Shown in pieces: positions 1-11,336 of a stretch of DNA of 64,000 nucleotides. The stretch's first letter is position 1; every line of letters begins with the position of its first letter. The notes beneath the pieces are model-generated. The model saw only the letters and a list, made by a program, of their open reading frames with translations. It did no database searches and was not told the DNA's origin. The position numbers and the translations under genes were made by a program. Source of the DNA: Octopus sinensis (lineage: Eukaryota); assembly GCF_006345805.1 (NCBI RefSeq), contig NC_043000.1, forward strand, positions 18,848,001-18,912,000. The letters run 5' to 3'.

Positions 1-235
1 TTCAAATTCCGCCGAGGTCGACTTTGCCTTTCATTCTTTCGGGGTCGATTAAATAAGTACCAGTTACGCACTGGGGTCGATGTAATCGACTTAATCCGTT
101 TGTCTGCCCTTGTTTGTCCTCTCTATGTTTAGCCCCTTGTGGGTAATGAAGAAACAGGTATTTCACCCGTCGCTACGTTCTGAGTTTAATTTCCGCCAAG
201 GTCGACTTTGCTTTCCATCCATTCGAGATCGATAA
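1..235 (+). mobile_element. tRNA-derived SINE family A, partial tandem copies cut by the window edge
   Basis: Matches the body of the copies at 13960, 22036 and 46606 (gagttcaaattccgccgaggtcgactttgcctttcat...gtagtaaagaaatagg), including a B-box-like GTTCAAATTCC. Confidence 0.85.
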
Positions 236-344
236 AATATGTACAAGTTGAACAATTTAATCGACTCTTCCCCAAGCTGCCCTTGTGGCAAAAATTTGAA
301 ATAATTATTAACAGCAGCAAATTTTGGTCAAAGAAAAAAAAACA

Positions 345-535
345 AAAAGCTGAAGGCTGGCTGTCTGGTAAGAAGCATGCTTCTCAACCTCATGGTTCTG
401 GTTTCAATCTCACTGCGTGGCCCACAAAGGCAAGTGTATTCTACTATAGCCTCGGGTTGACCAAAGCCTTGTGAGTGGATTTGATAGAGGGAAACTGAAA
501 GAAGCCTGTCGGGTATATACACACACACACGCACA
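345..535 (+). mobile_element. SINE family B, 5' half (degenerate tRNA-like head plus central domain)
   Basis: Homologous to the reverse complement of the 5' part of the full copy at 47815-48220 (ggcaagtgt.ttctactatagcctcggg..gaccaaagccttgtgagtggattt). Confidence 0.8.
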
Positions 536-553
536 TATATATATATATATATA

Positions 554-928
554 CTAGCAGTATCGCCCGGCGTTGCTGGGGTTTGTAAGGGAAATAACTA
601 TATAAGCATTTTTAGAGAGTTATAGCCAAAAAATAGCAAAAAATGCATTAAAAATGGAAAAAAAATGATGGTAAATTTTTTTAAAAATCGTTGACTCATC
701 GTAGACATTTTTAGAGAGTTACTTCCCTTACATAATAGTGAAAAAATGCATTAAAATGAAAAAAAATGATGGTAAATTATTAGACGCGCGCTAATACCCA
801 AAAGGGCTCGATATGAATCACGACTATAAGATACCCGGTTTTGGTTAAACTGCACCGCAAAATGTGGGAGTAGTTAGGAATCTAAATCGTAGGAGACAGA
901 CACACAACTTCACTTTTATATATAAAGA
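554..928 (-). mobile_element. Non-autonomous Helitron
   Basis: Minus strand begins TC(TTTATATATAAAAG) at 928 and ends with a GC-rich subterminal motif plus CTAG at 554. Inserted between A and T with no TSD. Near-identical to 2769-3065 apart from an internal duplication. Confidence 0.85.
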
Positions 929-935
929 TATATAT

Positions 936-1422
936 ATAATAAACCTTTACATATATAAATAACGTGAAATACACGAAGGGACGAACATAAGAGACAGACG
1001 GGTCATTCAAAGCGTTCGTTCTTCAGTCAGAAACCGATTCCTCATCGCAGATTTCGGCTGTTTAATTCTGAGATCTGCTCTGAATCGGCCAGACCCAGAA
1101 GGAAAGAATGCAACGCAACAAAGACGAACATGAAACGAAAAAAACTTTTTGAAGACAGTAACGGTTAAAAACAAGGATGACACGGGCGCCCTACGGCTTT
1201 GAGACAAAAGGAAACACAAAAACAATTTATCAGCAAGCGTGGAAAAATAATTACCTTTTCGGTGAAGAGACACATGTTGAACAAGCGGCCGTTGGCAACG
1301 GAATGGCTGAGGCAGCAAGTCGCAAGAGGGTAAGAGAGAGAAGGGGGTAAGAGAGAGGGAAAGAGGGACAGAGAGAGAGGGGACCAAGGAGGGTGGAAGG
1401 CTGAGGACAGAAGCAGTGACCA

Positions 1423-1467
<45 letters not shown>

Positions 1468-2130
1468 AGAGAAGGAATCAGAGAGGCTGGGAGAAAAAGG
1501 CGCCAAAACAATTTGGCAAAGAAGCAATGGCGGGGGAAAGAGAAAGTTTAAAGACATCGTGCAGGGGTGGTGATATGACAAACATAAAGAGATTATGCAC
1601 GTACGATGCGAAATATAGAATAAACCTTTACATATATAAATAACGTGAAATACACGAAGGGACGAACATAAGAGACAGACGGGTCATTCAAAGCGTTCGT
1701 TCTTCAGTCAGAAACCGATTCCTCATCGCAGGTTTCGGCTGTTTAATTCTGAGATCTGCTCTGAATCGGCCAGACCCAGAAGGAAAGAATGCAACGCAAC
1801 AAAGACGAACATGAAACGAAACAAACTTTTTGAAGACAGTAACGGTTAAAAACAAGGATGACACGGGCGCCCTACGGCTTTGAGACAAAAGGAAACACAA
1901 AAACAATTTATCAGCAAGCGTGGAAAAATAATTACCTTTTCGGTGAAGAGACACATGTTGAACAAGCGGCCGTTGGCAACGGAATGGCTGAAGCAGCAAG
2001 TCGCAAGAGGGTAAGAGAAAGAAGGGGGTAAGAGAGAGGGAAAGAGGGACAGAGAGAGAGGGGACCAAGGAGGGTGGAAGGCTGAGAACAGAAGCAGTGA
2101 CCAAGAGAGAGAGAGAAAAGGAATCAGAGA
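936..2130. repeat. Tandem repeat, 681-bp unit, about 1.75 copies
   Basis: 936-1616 is repeated from 1617; the ORF-track duplicates are offset by exactly 681 (1007 vs 1688). Confidence 0.9.
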
Positions 2131-2139
2131 GATACACAT

Positions 2140-2465
2140 GTGTGCATGTGTCTGTGTGTGTGTGTTTGTGTCAGTGATTGCCACCACCACCACCACCACC
2201 ACCACCACCACCACCACCACCACCACCACCACCACCACCACCACCACCACCACCACCACCACCACCACCACCACTACCACCACTTGACAACCGGTGTTGG
2301 TATGTTTACGTTCACGGAACTTAACGTTTCGACAATAGACTCCGATAGAATATGTACCAGGGTTAAAAAAGTAAGTACTGAGATTGCTTAATTCAACTCA
2401 AAGTTCTTCAAGGCGGTATCCCAGCATGGCCGCAGTCTAATGACTGAAACAAGTAAAAGATGAAA
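2140..2465 (+). mobile_element. SINE family B, 3' half with expanded (CAC)n
   Basis: cttgacaaccggtgttgg...aaggcggtatcccagcatggccgcagtctaatgactgaaacaagtaaaaga is the family-B 3' tail; the (CAC)n tract lies at about 2181-2283. Confidence 0.8.
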
Positions 2466-2650
2466 AAATAAAAGAGCTATATTTTTAAATTTATTATTCG
2501 ATGAAGAATGGTAATTTCAGTATCGGAGAGAAATTTGAAAAAGGAAACCACAACATACATAAATACATGACGACATGAATACAGGCAGTGCACACACACA
2601 CGTACTCACGTACCCACGCACACACACACCACACGTACCCACGTACCCAT

Positions 2651-2685
<35 letters not shown>

Positions 2686-2768
2686 ACACACACACAATAC
2701 ATACATACATGCATACATACATATGTGATGACTGAATTCAACTAAAAGCATACCACTTTGATCAGATA

Positions 2769-3065
2769 TCTTTATATATAAAAGTCAAGTTGTGTGTCTG
2801 TCTCCTACGATTTAGATTCCTAACTACTCCCACATTTTGCGGTGCAGTTTAACCAAAACCGGGTATCTTATAGTCGTGATTCATATCGAGCCCTTCTGGG
2901 TATTAGCACGCGTCTACGATGAGTCTACGATTAAAAAAAAATTACCATCAATTTTTCCCATTTTTAATGCATTTTTTTGCTATTATATAAGGGAAGTAAC
3001 TCTCTAAAAATGCTTATATAGTTATTTCCCTTACAAACCTGAGCAACGCCGGGCGATACTGCTAG
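2769..3065 (+). mobile_element. Non-autonomous Helitron
   Basis: A|TCTTTATATATAAAAG ... gagcaacgccgggcgatactgCTAG|T: canonical 5' TC and 3' CTAG ends at an AT target. Confidence 0.85.
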
Positions 3066-3227
3066 TATATTTATATGAGAGTTGATGACTTGATAAACAA
3101 TTTAATTAGCATAATGTTCCATATATCCTACAATTTATGGATTTCATCGCAAAGTGATGTTTGAATATTATAAAAGAACTAACACATGAATTTATATACA
3201 AAGACACACTAAAGTCACTTATACGAA

Positions 3228-3586
<359 letters not shown>

Positions 3587-4599
3587 CATATATGGAATAA
3601 ATATCTTTAAAAAAAAGCCCTTGAATATGCACATAACTATTATAAAATTTTTGATGTTCCTGGAACGTTATTGTATAAAGCTGTCAGACGTACGCCTGTT
3701 CATATTTTTGATATTTGATGTAAAAATAATAAACTTTTATTCAAATCAATTAAATACTATTTTTGAATGTTTAAGAGGTTGTTCGAATTTATTATCGAAC
3801 TGTTTGATTTTCAGCCATTAGATTATTCAAATTATTTTAAAAAGTATTTTGTTTTATGACAGCAAAATGGTATCAACTCTGAACTTGAGTTAAAGCTGGA
3901 TTCTTTATAAAACAAAATATCAGTTTGCTCGGGCACAAGCGTCGTTTCCCAATATATAAGGTTTTGTATGTTGTAATATATATTCTAAAAGAGTTTTAAT
4001 ACTTCTTAATATTCATTCAAATTAAATGATGTTTTCAAAATGATGCATCTGTGCCCCAAGATATTATTAACGGTAAATACCGTTGCCAAATAAACTATCG
4101 ATGTCGAAAGATCTGAATTAATTAATGGTTAACTTATGAGGTTAAGAAAGTACTAATTACAGATAGTTTAGTATTCTTTTACTGTTTGACATTTCTGTCG
4201 CAAAATTAGGTGTGCAGCTGAAATGAAACATAACATTATTTCTAATAAAAATGCTACATAAATATGGTTCGTCGGGAAATGTTTATCTAACACGAAAAAA
4301 AGTATATTTAGCAACATATGTATTAACAGTGACACTGAACGAGACTGTCAGTATAACACTGAATAAGACAGTGAATTCACTGATTTTACATTTTCTATTT
4401 TTACGTGTTTGAAAAGGATATCATTTGCGTAACCAATTCTATCAATAAAATCCGTTTCGCTTTAACACTTGATTTTAACAAGGGTCTATTTTGTTGAAGT
4501 AAAATATATGAGATGAAACACAAGGTAGCCCTACACAAAAAAAATTATCCATATTAATCATAGCCGGCAGGTTACTTGAGAGTGTTAACTTATCTGATT

Positions 4600-4990
4600 G
4601 AATTCAGGGCCGAGTTGTTAACATGGTAGGTCTTTTCCTTCCTACTACGTTTAGCTCATCGTTGTGTCTTTTCAATAAATATTTCTGTGGTCATTGATCT
4701 AATGAACTTTTGGATCTTGTACTCACTTCCACTTCGCTTCCCAAACACATCGTTTCTCTGTTGAGGTTTATGTTAGTCATGTCTTTATTTTAAAAACTTC
4801 TTTCTTAGAACTGCTGCTCTCTGGAAGTCACTACCATCATCTTGTTTTCCTCTGATCCATGATATTTAATCCTTTTAGCTTTCTGTCATTGTACATCTTT
4901 TCAATTTGTAGGCTCTTTCTTTTTCTTCTTTGTAGCCCATTATGCTACAATGACCCCAAGTCTTGTTTGGGATGTAATCATCACCTCCCC
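4600..4990 (+). pseudogene. Highly decayed LINE 3' end (CR1/L2-like C-terminus)
   Basis: Broken translation resembles the SL.LF.KY..G.CS.EL / SFF.RT..LW..LP..FP C-terminal pattern; many stops. Confidence 0.4.
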
Positions 4991-5698
4991 CCCCCACTAA
5001 AATGGAGTATATAATTAAGTTTAGGTTTAATGTTATACATGGAAAATTAACTGAGACTTTTAGTTTTAAGTTTTTAAAAATCTATTGATAGCTTTAAAAT
5101 CGGAGTAGCGTGAAACTAATCACCGCAATCTGTTATGTAATTTTAGTTTGAGATAAAATTTATAAATGCTCTAGAGAGTTTTACTGAATACTTTCAAACT
5201 CTGAGTAATTTACAACCCATGCGTATCCGCTTCCTGTATAGAAATACAAACACATACATTAAACACACATAGATACATACACTCGTACACTCTCACACAC
5301 ACACTCATACTCACTCACACACACAAATACCTATATAATATTTGGTGATGGTGAACAAGCCGAATCTTCGAAACTACTGTCACCCAATTACTTGTAAAAG
5401 ACTAATAATAAACGCACTTAAAAACATTGAGTAATTCTTCGATTTAATGTTAGATTGTTTTTATATATTAACTTCACATAAACACACACACACATACACG
5501 TATCTGTATACACACACACATATATATACATATATATATATGAATAGATACACTATGTAAATATGTAAAATGTATCTACCTATATATTATATATATATAT
5601 ATTTATACACACACCCACACCCACCCACACACACATATATACATATATATATATGAATAGATAACACTATGTAAATATGTAAAATGTATCTACCTATA

Positions 5699-5741
<43 letters not shown>

Positions 5742-6422
5742 ACACACACAACACACACACACACAACACACACATATATATGTATCATAATATTTGCATG
5801 ATGTCTCAAGGATAGCATAAGAATGAACGCGGCAAACACATTCCAAAATATGAATATGGATATTCACAATTCTAAAACAAAATTGCCAAAGGATAATGAC
5901 ATATATGCTTGAATAAAAACAATATAAGAATACCAGGATGTTAGGAGCTAATGTGACCCCCTATATGGTACCTTAACTTGCAAGAAGTAGAAGTTAAAAT
6001 AGAGTAATTGGTAGGAAGGAGAACCAAGGAGATCGATATATTAAGATAGTAAGTTGTGAGGAATATATATATAAATACATACATACAGACAACCGTACAT
6101 ATATGTACATACATACATACATACATCATACATACATACATACATACATACATACATACATACATACATACATGCATGCACACACACAACAGTAAGGTAT
6201 ATTGGAAGGTAATACCCACTGAAACAGTCAAGAAATGCAAATAAAAGAAAAAGTAGCATCATTATGTAAGACATAGGGTCAAACAGTTGCAATATTCTAA
6301 AAAGAAGTTAAGTAGCACATATCAATGTCATTTCGGAAATAAAGGAAAAAGGAAGAAAAGACCAATAGAGATCTTAGAGAAGTATATAAATACAATACTC
6401 AGACAATAAATTCGCATTTGTA

Positions 6423-6640
6423 TGGCGGTGAGCTGGTAGAAACGTTAGCAAGCCGGGCGAAATGTTTAGCAGTATTTCGTCTGTCTTTATGCTCTGAGTT
6501 CAAATTCCGCCGAGGTCAACTTTGCCTTTAATCCTTACGGGGTCGATAAAATAGGTACCAATTGCGTACTGGGGTCTATCAAATCGAATGGCCCCCCTCC
6601 CCCAAAATTTTGGGCCTTGTGCCTAGAGTAGAAAAGAATA
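6423..6640 (+). mobile_element. SINE family A
   Basis: Head ggcggtgagctggtagaaacgttagc, B box gagttcaaattccgcc, family-A body. Confidence 0.85.
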
Positions 6641-7527
6641 AATTCGCATTTGTATCTTTCGTTGATGAGGTTCTTGGTTATGGAACAAGATATCCCGACA
6701 CAAATCCTGAAAAGTCATGCTTTAAGGAGCAGATAAGTCGCAAAATAAACTCCATTTCGTGAATTCACTTGTTAAATCTTTAAAAATTTCACAAAGATAA
6801 CAAGAAAAATTACAAGAACCAAACTCATATATACGCTGAGAGTGACATTAACAGAAGGTCATATTTGCATTTTCACGTGCATAGATTTTAAAATACAGCA
6901 TATAACTCTTAACAAGGTGGTATTATTGTGTCTCTGTTAGAGACTGGCTCCTTCTTTATTCGAGAAATTTAAATGATAAAAGAATGAAAGGAATACATAC
7001 ATTTATACTGGTTTATCCTCATTTTAAACAGCAGCTTTACAGTTGTATGATGTTCTGTAATGCATGTGTTAGCGAAAAAAAAAGTGTAGGACCGAATCTG
7101 ACAAACGCACATAGATTGGCATATCTAACTCATAAAGCAAAACAAAATATGACTGACAATCTGCCATTAAGTTTCCGGGCGAAGAGAATATTTAACAGAA
7201 TAGTCGTGTGAAGTTAGAGGGATTACATTGTAAAATAATGTAAAATAGAGAGATTAAAACACACCAAAGAGTAGAATCGCACATGGACACATTAAACATA
7301 TACGGACATGTATACATTCGTAAATACATACACATGTCGTGCGAAAAAATGACGTTAGAGAAAATGAAAGCGAGGAAGCGGAAGTAATAAAGATTGTGAA
7401 AAACATACGGAAGTAGAAATTTTGAAAAATGATACGGAAGCCATTTTTGATTCGAAAGAAAAAATTGAGACAACGAGACAGCTGTGAAAGGTATAACTAG
7501 AGAATATAATTAAATGTAAAATAAAGA

Positions 7528-7529
7528 AC

Positions 7530-7580
<51 letters not shown>

Positions 7581-7712
7581 GGGGGAGAGAGGGAGAGAGA
7601 GAGAGAGAGAGAGGGGGAGGAGGAGAGAGAGCGGGAGAGAGGAGGAGAGAGAGAGAGAGAGGAGAGAGGAGAGGAGAGAGAGAGGGAGAGAGAGAGAGAG
7701 AGAGAGAGGGGA
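7528..7712. repeat. (GA)n/purine-rich microsatellite
   Basis: Seen directly in sequence. Confidence 0.95.
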
Positions 7713-7913
7713 AAAAGTGAGCGAGAAAAAGTGAAGAGTAAATTTGAGGAAAAATACCATGCCTAGTAAAATGCATATACATACACACATACACACATGC
7801 ATACATACATGCATACATACATACGTACCTATATATATATATATAAATACACACACATATACGCACACAGATACATACGTACGTACATACATGCATACAT
7901 ACATATTGTTTAT

Positions 7914-7944
<31 letters not shown>

Positions 7945-8631
7945 ATGTGTGTATTTGCATATATGTATTTATAAAGAGAGAAGGCGAGAGAGAGTGTGAA
8001 GGAAGGATTTTCCATAAAATTCACACAAATTAAGCAGTTTAGATGAGATAGTACGGAAGTGATAGAGAAGTGAATCTAAGTTTAATGTTGGCGACATCAA
8101 ATAGGAAAGGAGGTTACTGTCGAGAAGGTGTTATAGATTTGAGCTGCTGGTTTTGAACAAAGTTAGCATACGAGCATTAAAAGCAATACCTATAATTAAA
8201 ATATACCAAAACTGAATTTCTTCAAAGCATTTTGCTATCGTTTTAGATTCATCCGATCGTTTGTTTTGAGTTTTGTTTCCATGTGTAGATATTCTCAACT
8301 TGTAATCATTATCACATTATATTCGCTTGATTATAAGAATTTACTTATCAGGTAATATCTTAATCGTGTCCATACTTATACAGGCATAAACCAATAAACA
8401 CACACATACACAAACATTAGATATAGGCACATGCATATATACATATATATATATACGTTTATATATTTGTTGTGCAAGATTTTTCATGTGAAATCGTGTG
8501 TTGAAACAGATATTGTTGTATTTCGGAATGGTCATATTGCCAGTTTAGCCAATAAAAACACACGCACTATATATTTAGTGTTACTTTGCTTCAGTGTTAT
8601 TTATTTTTTACATTAAACTTAATCTTATTTC

Positions 8632-8676
8632 AGCCATAGTTCTTTCGTCACACTCCTGTGACCGCATCAGTGGTCC
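8632..8676 (-). ncRNA. Minimal type I hammerhead-like motif with variant core (CUGAUGC), pseudo-LTR copy 1
   Basis: GGACCA-CUGAUGC-G-GUCAC aggagu GUGAC-GAA-AG aa CU-A-UGGCU; folded by hand. Confidence 0.6.
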
Positions 8677-8906
8677 TTTGCTTTCTTCTTTATTATTTGT
8701 GTGTCTCTCCTTACTAACCGTCAGCCATTTTGTATTTCTATTGTATGAGTCTTCATTTGCGCATGCGTATATCTCTATGTGCGCCTATGTTTAGTTAGTG
8801 TGTGTGTGTGGGAAAATGCCTGTAATATTTGTATCTTCTGTTTAAATACGTTCGTGTAATTTGTTTTTGTTTTTGTTTATTCTTTTGTTCATGTGTTTAC
8901 ATCCAC

Positions 8907-8937
<31 letters not shown>

Positions 8938-9157
8938 CATTATTATTATTATCATTATTATTATCATCATTATTATTATTACGTATGCTTGTATGTATGT
9001 ATAACAACAATACTAGTAATAATAAAAAAAATATTTTTAATTTAAAAAAAAATGTATATAGTTATTTGCTTCCATTTGATTATTTATCTGTGTATTTTAT
9101 TTTATTATGTTTTCAGTTTAGTTTATAGTGTAACCAGTTTATGGGGATCCTCTTCTG

Positions 9158-9998
9158 TCATATGTTGTGGTGTGTGCTAGTGTTCCATTCCAGTTTCCTA
9201 TTCAGGCTAGGTTTATCTTCTATTATGTGTGTAGCTTCCGTAATTTGTCTGATTGTTGCGTCTGTTCTATGTGTGGACAAGATTTTAACTTCTATGTTGT
9301 TGATTGAGGCCCCGTGTTCCTGTTCGGCGTGTTGGTATAGAATCGAGGAGCTCTTTCCTTCCTTAAGTTCCCTCCAATAATTATTTATTCGCTCTTCTGT
9401 GCTTCGTGCCGTTTCCCCTGCGTATGTCGTTGTCTTGTTACTGCATCGTCCCTCTATACATCTTATACTATAGACTACATTTCTGGCTTTACAGTTTGTT
9501 TGTGGGCTAAATCTACACATAGTACAGTACCTATCCGTACAGGGAGCTCTACTAAAAAGGTAGGTTCTACCGATTATGGATTTGATAGGGTTGCCTGGCT
9601 TTTCAACAAACTTAATCCTTAGCTTAAGTTTGTCTAGCGTCCTTCTAAAGCGGTACGCCAGTTCACCTCTAGGGGTGGTGTCAACGAACATGACACTCTG
9701 GTATTTGTGGCTATCATACCAAGAGTTGGCCTTCCCTATTTTCATCTTTGTCCTTTCCATAGTGTTCCATGACTTGCTCCTATAGAGTGGGCAAATCCCA
9801 TTCCTATCATTACTTAAGATAGTATCAAATTTCTTCATGGCTCCTTTGTATACTCTGATCCCTTCTTTATGGCTGTAACCTGAGAACTGCATGCGGTGAA
9901 CGAAATGTTGTATGTGTCTCTTTAACTCTGTAGGCTCGTACATGCGGGACACATTTCTCATTATTCTGACGAGGTCTGCCATCAAAATATTGAAGTTG
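9158..9998 (-). pseudogene. PLE ORF C-terminal part: RT thumb, Cys-rich linker, GIY-YIG endonuclease (Neptune-like layout)
   Basis: CTDRYCTMC..TNCKARNVVYSIRC...TYAGETARSTEER. The first ~56 aa of the 335-aa track ORF are read-through of the inverted pseudo-LTR, not native protein. Confidence 0.88.
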
Positions 9999-10082
9999 GC
10001 AAATGAAGACACATACAATAGAAATACAAAATAGCTGACGGTTAGAAAGGAGAGACACACAAATAAGGAAGAAGAAAGCAAA

Positions 10083-10127
10083 GGACCACTGATGCGGTCA
10101 CAGGAGTGTGACGAAAGAACTCTGGCC
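10083..10127 (+). ncRNA. Minimal type I hammerhead-like motif with variant core, pseudo-LTR copy 2
   Basis: GGACCA-CUGAUGC-G-GUCAC aggagu GUGAC-GAA-AG aa CU-C-UGGCC. Confidence 0.6.
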
Positions 10128-10241
10128 GAAATAAGATTAAGTTTAATGTAAAAAATAAATAACACTGAAGCAAAGTAACACCAAATATATAGTGCGTGTG
10201 TTTTTATTGGTTAAACTGGTAAAATGACAATTCCGAAATAT

Positions 10242-10292
<51 letters not shown>

Positions 10293-10343
10293 GGGTGAGA
10301 GAGTTGGTATGTAAAAGCACGTGGTTGAATGTATAAAAAGTAA

Positions 10344-10555
10344 AATAGACTGAAAAAACTGCAGAAGATTTATATTGTATGGTTAAAAAAATATTAAAAT
10401 CGCCATATTAGGAAAATGATATAAAATTTTGTGTATAGTGACATCCCTAAAAACAATGTCACTATACACAAAAGTTTATATAATTTTCCTAATATGACGA
10501 TATTAATGTATTTTTAACCATATAATACAAATCTTCTGTAGTTTTTCAGTCTATT
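10344..10555. repeat. Fold-back inverted repeat, ~100-bp arms, 11-nt loop
   Basis: 10344-10444 is the reverse complement of 10456-10555, roughly 88% identical by eye. Confidence 0.9.
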
Positions 10556-10558
10556 CTG

Positions 10559-10636
<78 letters not shown>

Positions 10637-10887
10637 TTAACAATTAAGGATAACTTCTTAATAAGGAATCTTAACAAGAAATTATCAGGTAGATAGCGTG
10701 AAAAACCTCATAAGAGAAAAAATTCGAAAATAATTTTTTCCTTTGAACATATTAATTTATATTATATAGAGGGCATTATTACAGATAAATGCCTCACACT
10801 AAGAGGGACATAAGTCATTTCTACCAAAAATTTCACTAATCATACCCATTGCAGTTTTTCAAAGCAAGACATTTAAAAAATGAATTT

Positions 10888-10955
10888 AGTCCTATATCAC
10901 CTGTGATTTCGCACTCACCGCATAAAAATTTGCGTCCATGCTCATCGGTAGAACT
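10888..10955 (-). ncRNA. Type I hammerhead ribozyme motif (C4 core variant), left arm
   Basis: Mirror of 11337-11404, differing by one base in the stem II extension. Confidence 0.72.
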
Positions 10956-11336
10956 GATTCTGAACACATCATAAATAAACTACCAGCACTGTCGAAGTCG
11001 AACAGCCAACTGCTCTTTCTAACGAAGCATATGGAGAAGTTTATAAATCATATATCCGGTAAATAGCGGGCTTTTTCGAACTGCATTTCGGGTAGGAAAA
11101 GTTTTTTCGGAATAAATTTAACAATTAAGGATAACTTCTTAATAACTTCTTAATAAGTTATCCTTAATTGTTAAATTTATTCCGAAAAAACTTTTCCTAC
11201 CCGAAATGCAGTTCGAAAAAGCCCGCCATTTACCGGATATATGATTTATAAACTTCTCCATGTGCTTCGTTAGAAAGAGCAGTTGGCTGTTCGACTTCGA
11301 CAGTGCTGGTAGTTTATTTATGATGTGTTCAGAATC

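Larger units (their letters stand above)
8455..10240 (-). mobile_element. 5'-truncated Penelope-like retroelement with a downstream pseudo-LTR (about 8455-8790) and an inverted pseudo-LTR (9999-10240) at the truncation point
   Basis: Coding remnant encodes RT thumb, Cys linker and GIY-YIG. About 240 bp at 8510-8760 is the reverse complement of 9999-10240. Confidence 0.9.

Noticed and set aside
1000-1050. CTGAAGA and GCGATGA on the minus strand in the 681-bp repeat (also CTGATGA at 33278 and CTGAAGA at 35879)
   Set aside because: No consistent stem II-GAAA-stem III-NUH fold could be built.
1846-2391. Poly-His and poly-Val ORFs
   Set aside because: Translations of a (CAC)n expansion inside a SINE.
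5335-5390. Hammerhead-like gaaac-tact-gtc-acccaatt
   Set aside because: The CUGANGA core is absent; at most a decayed relic.
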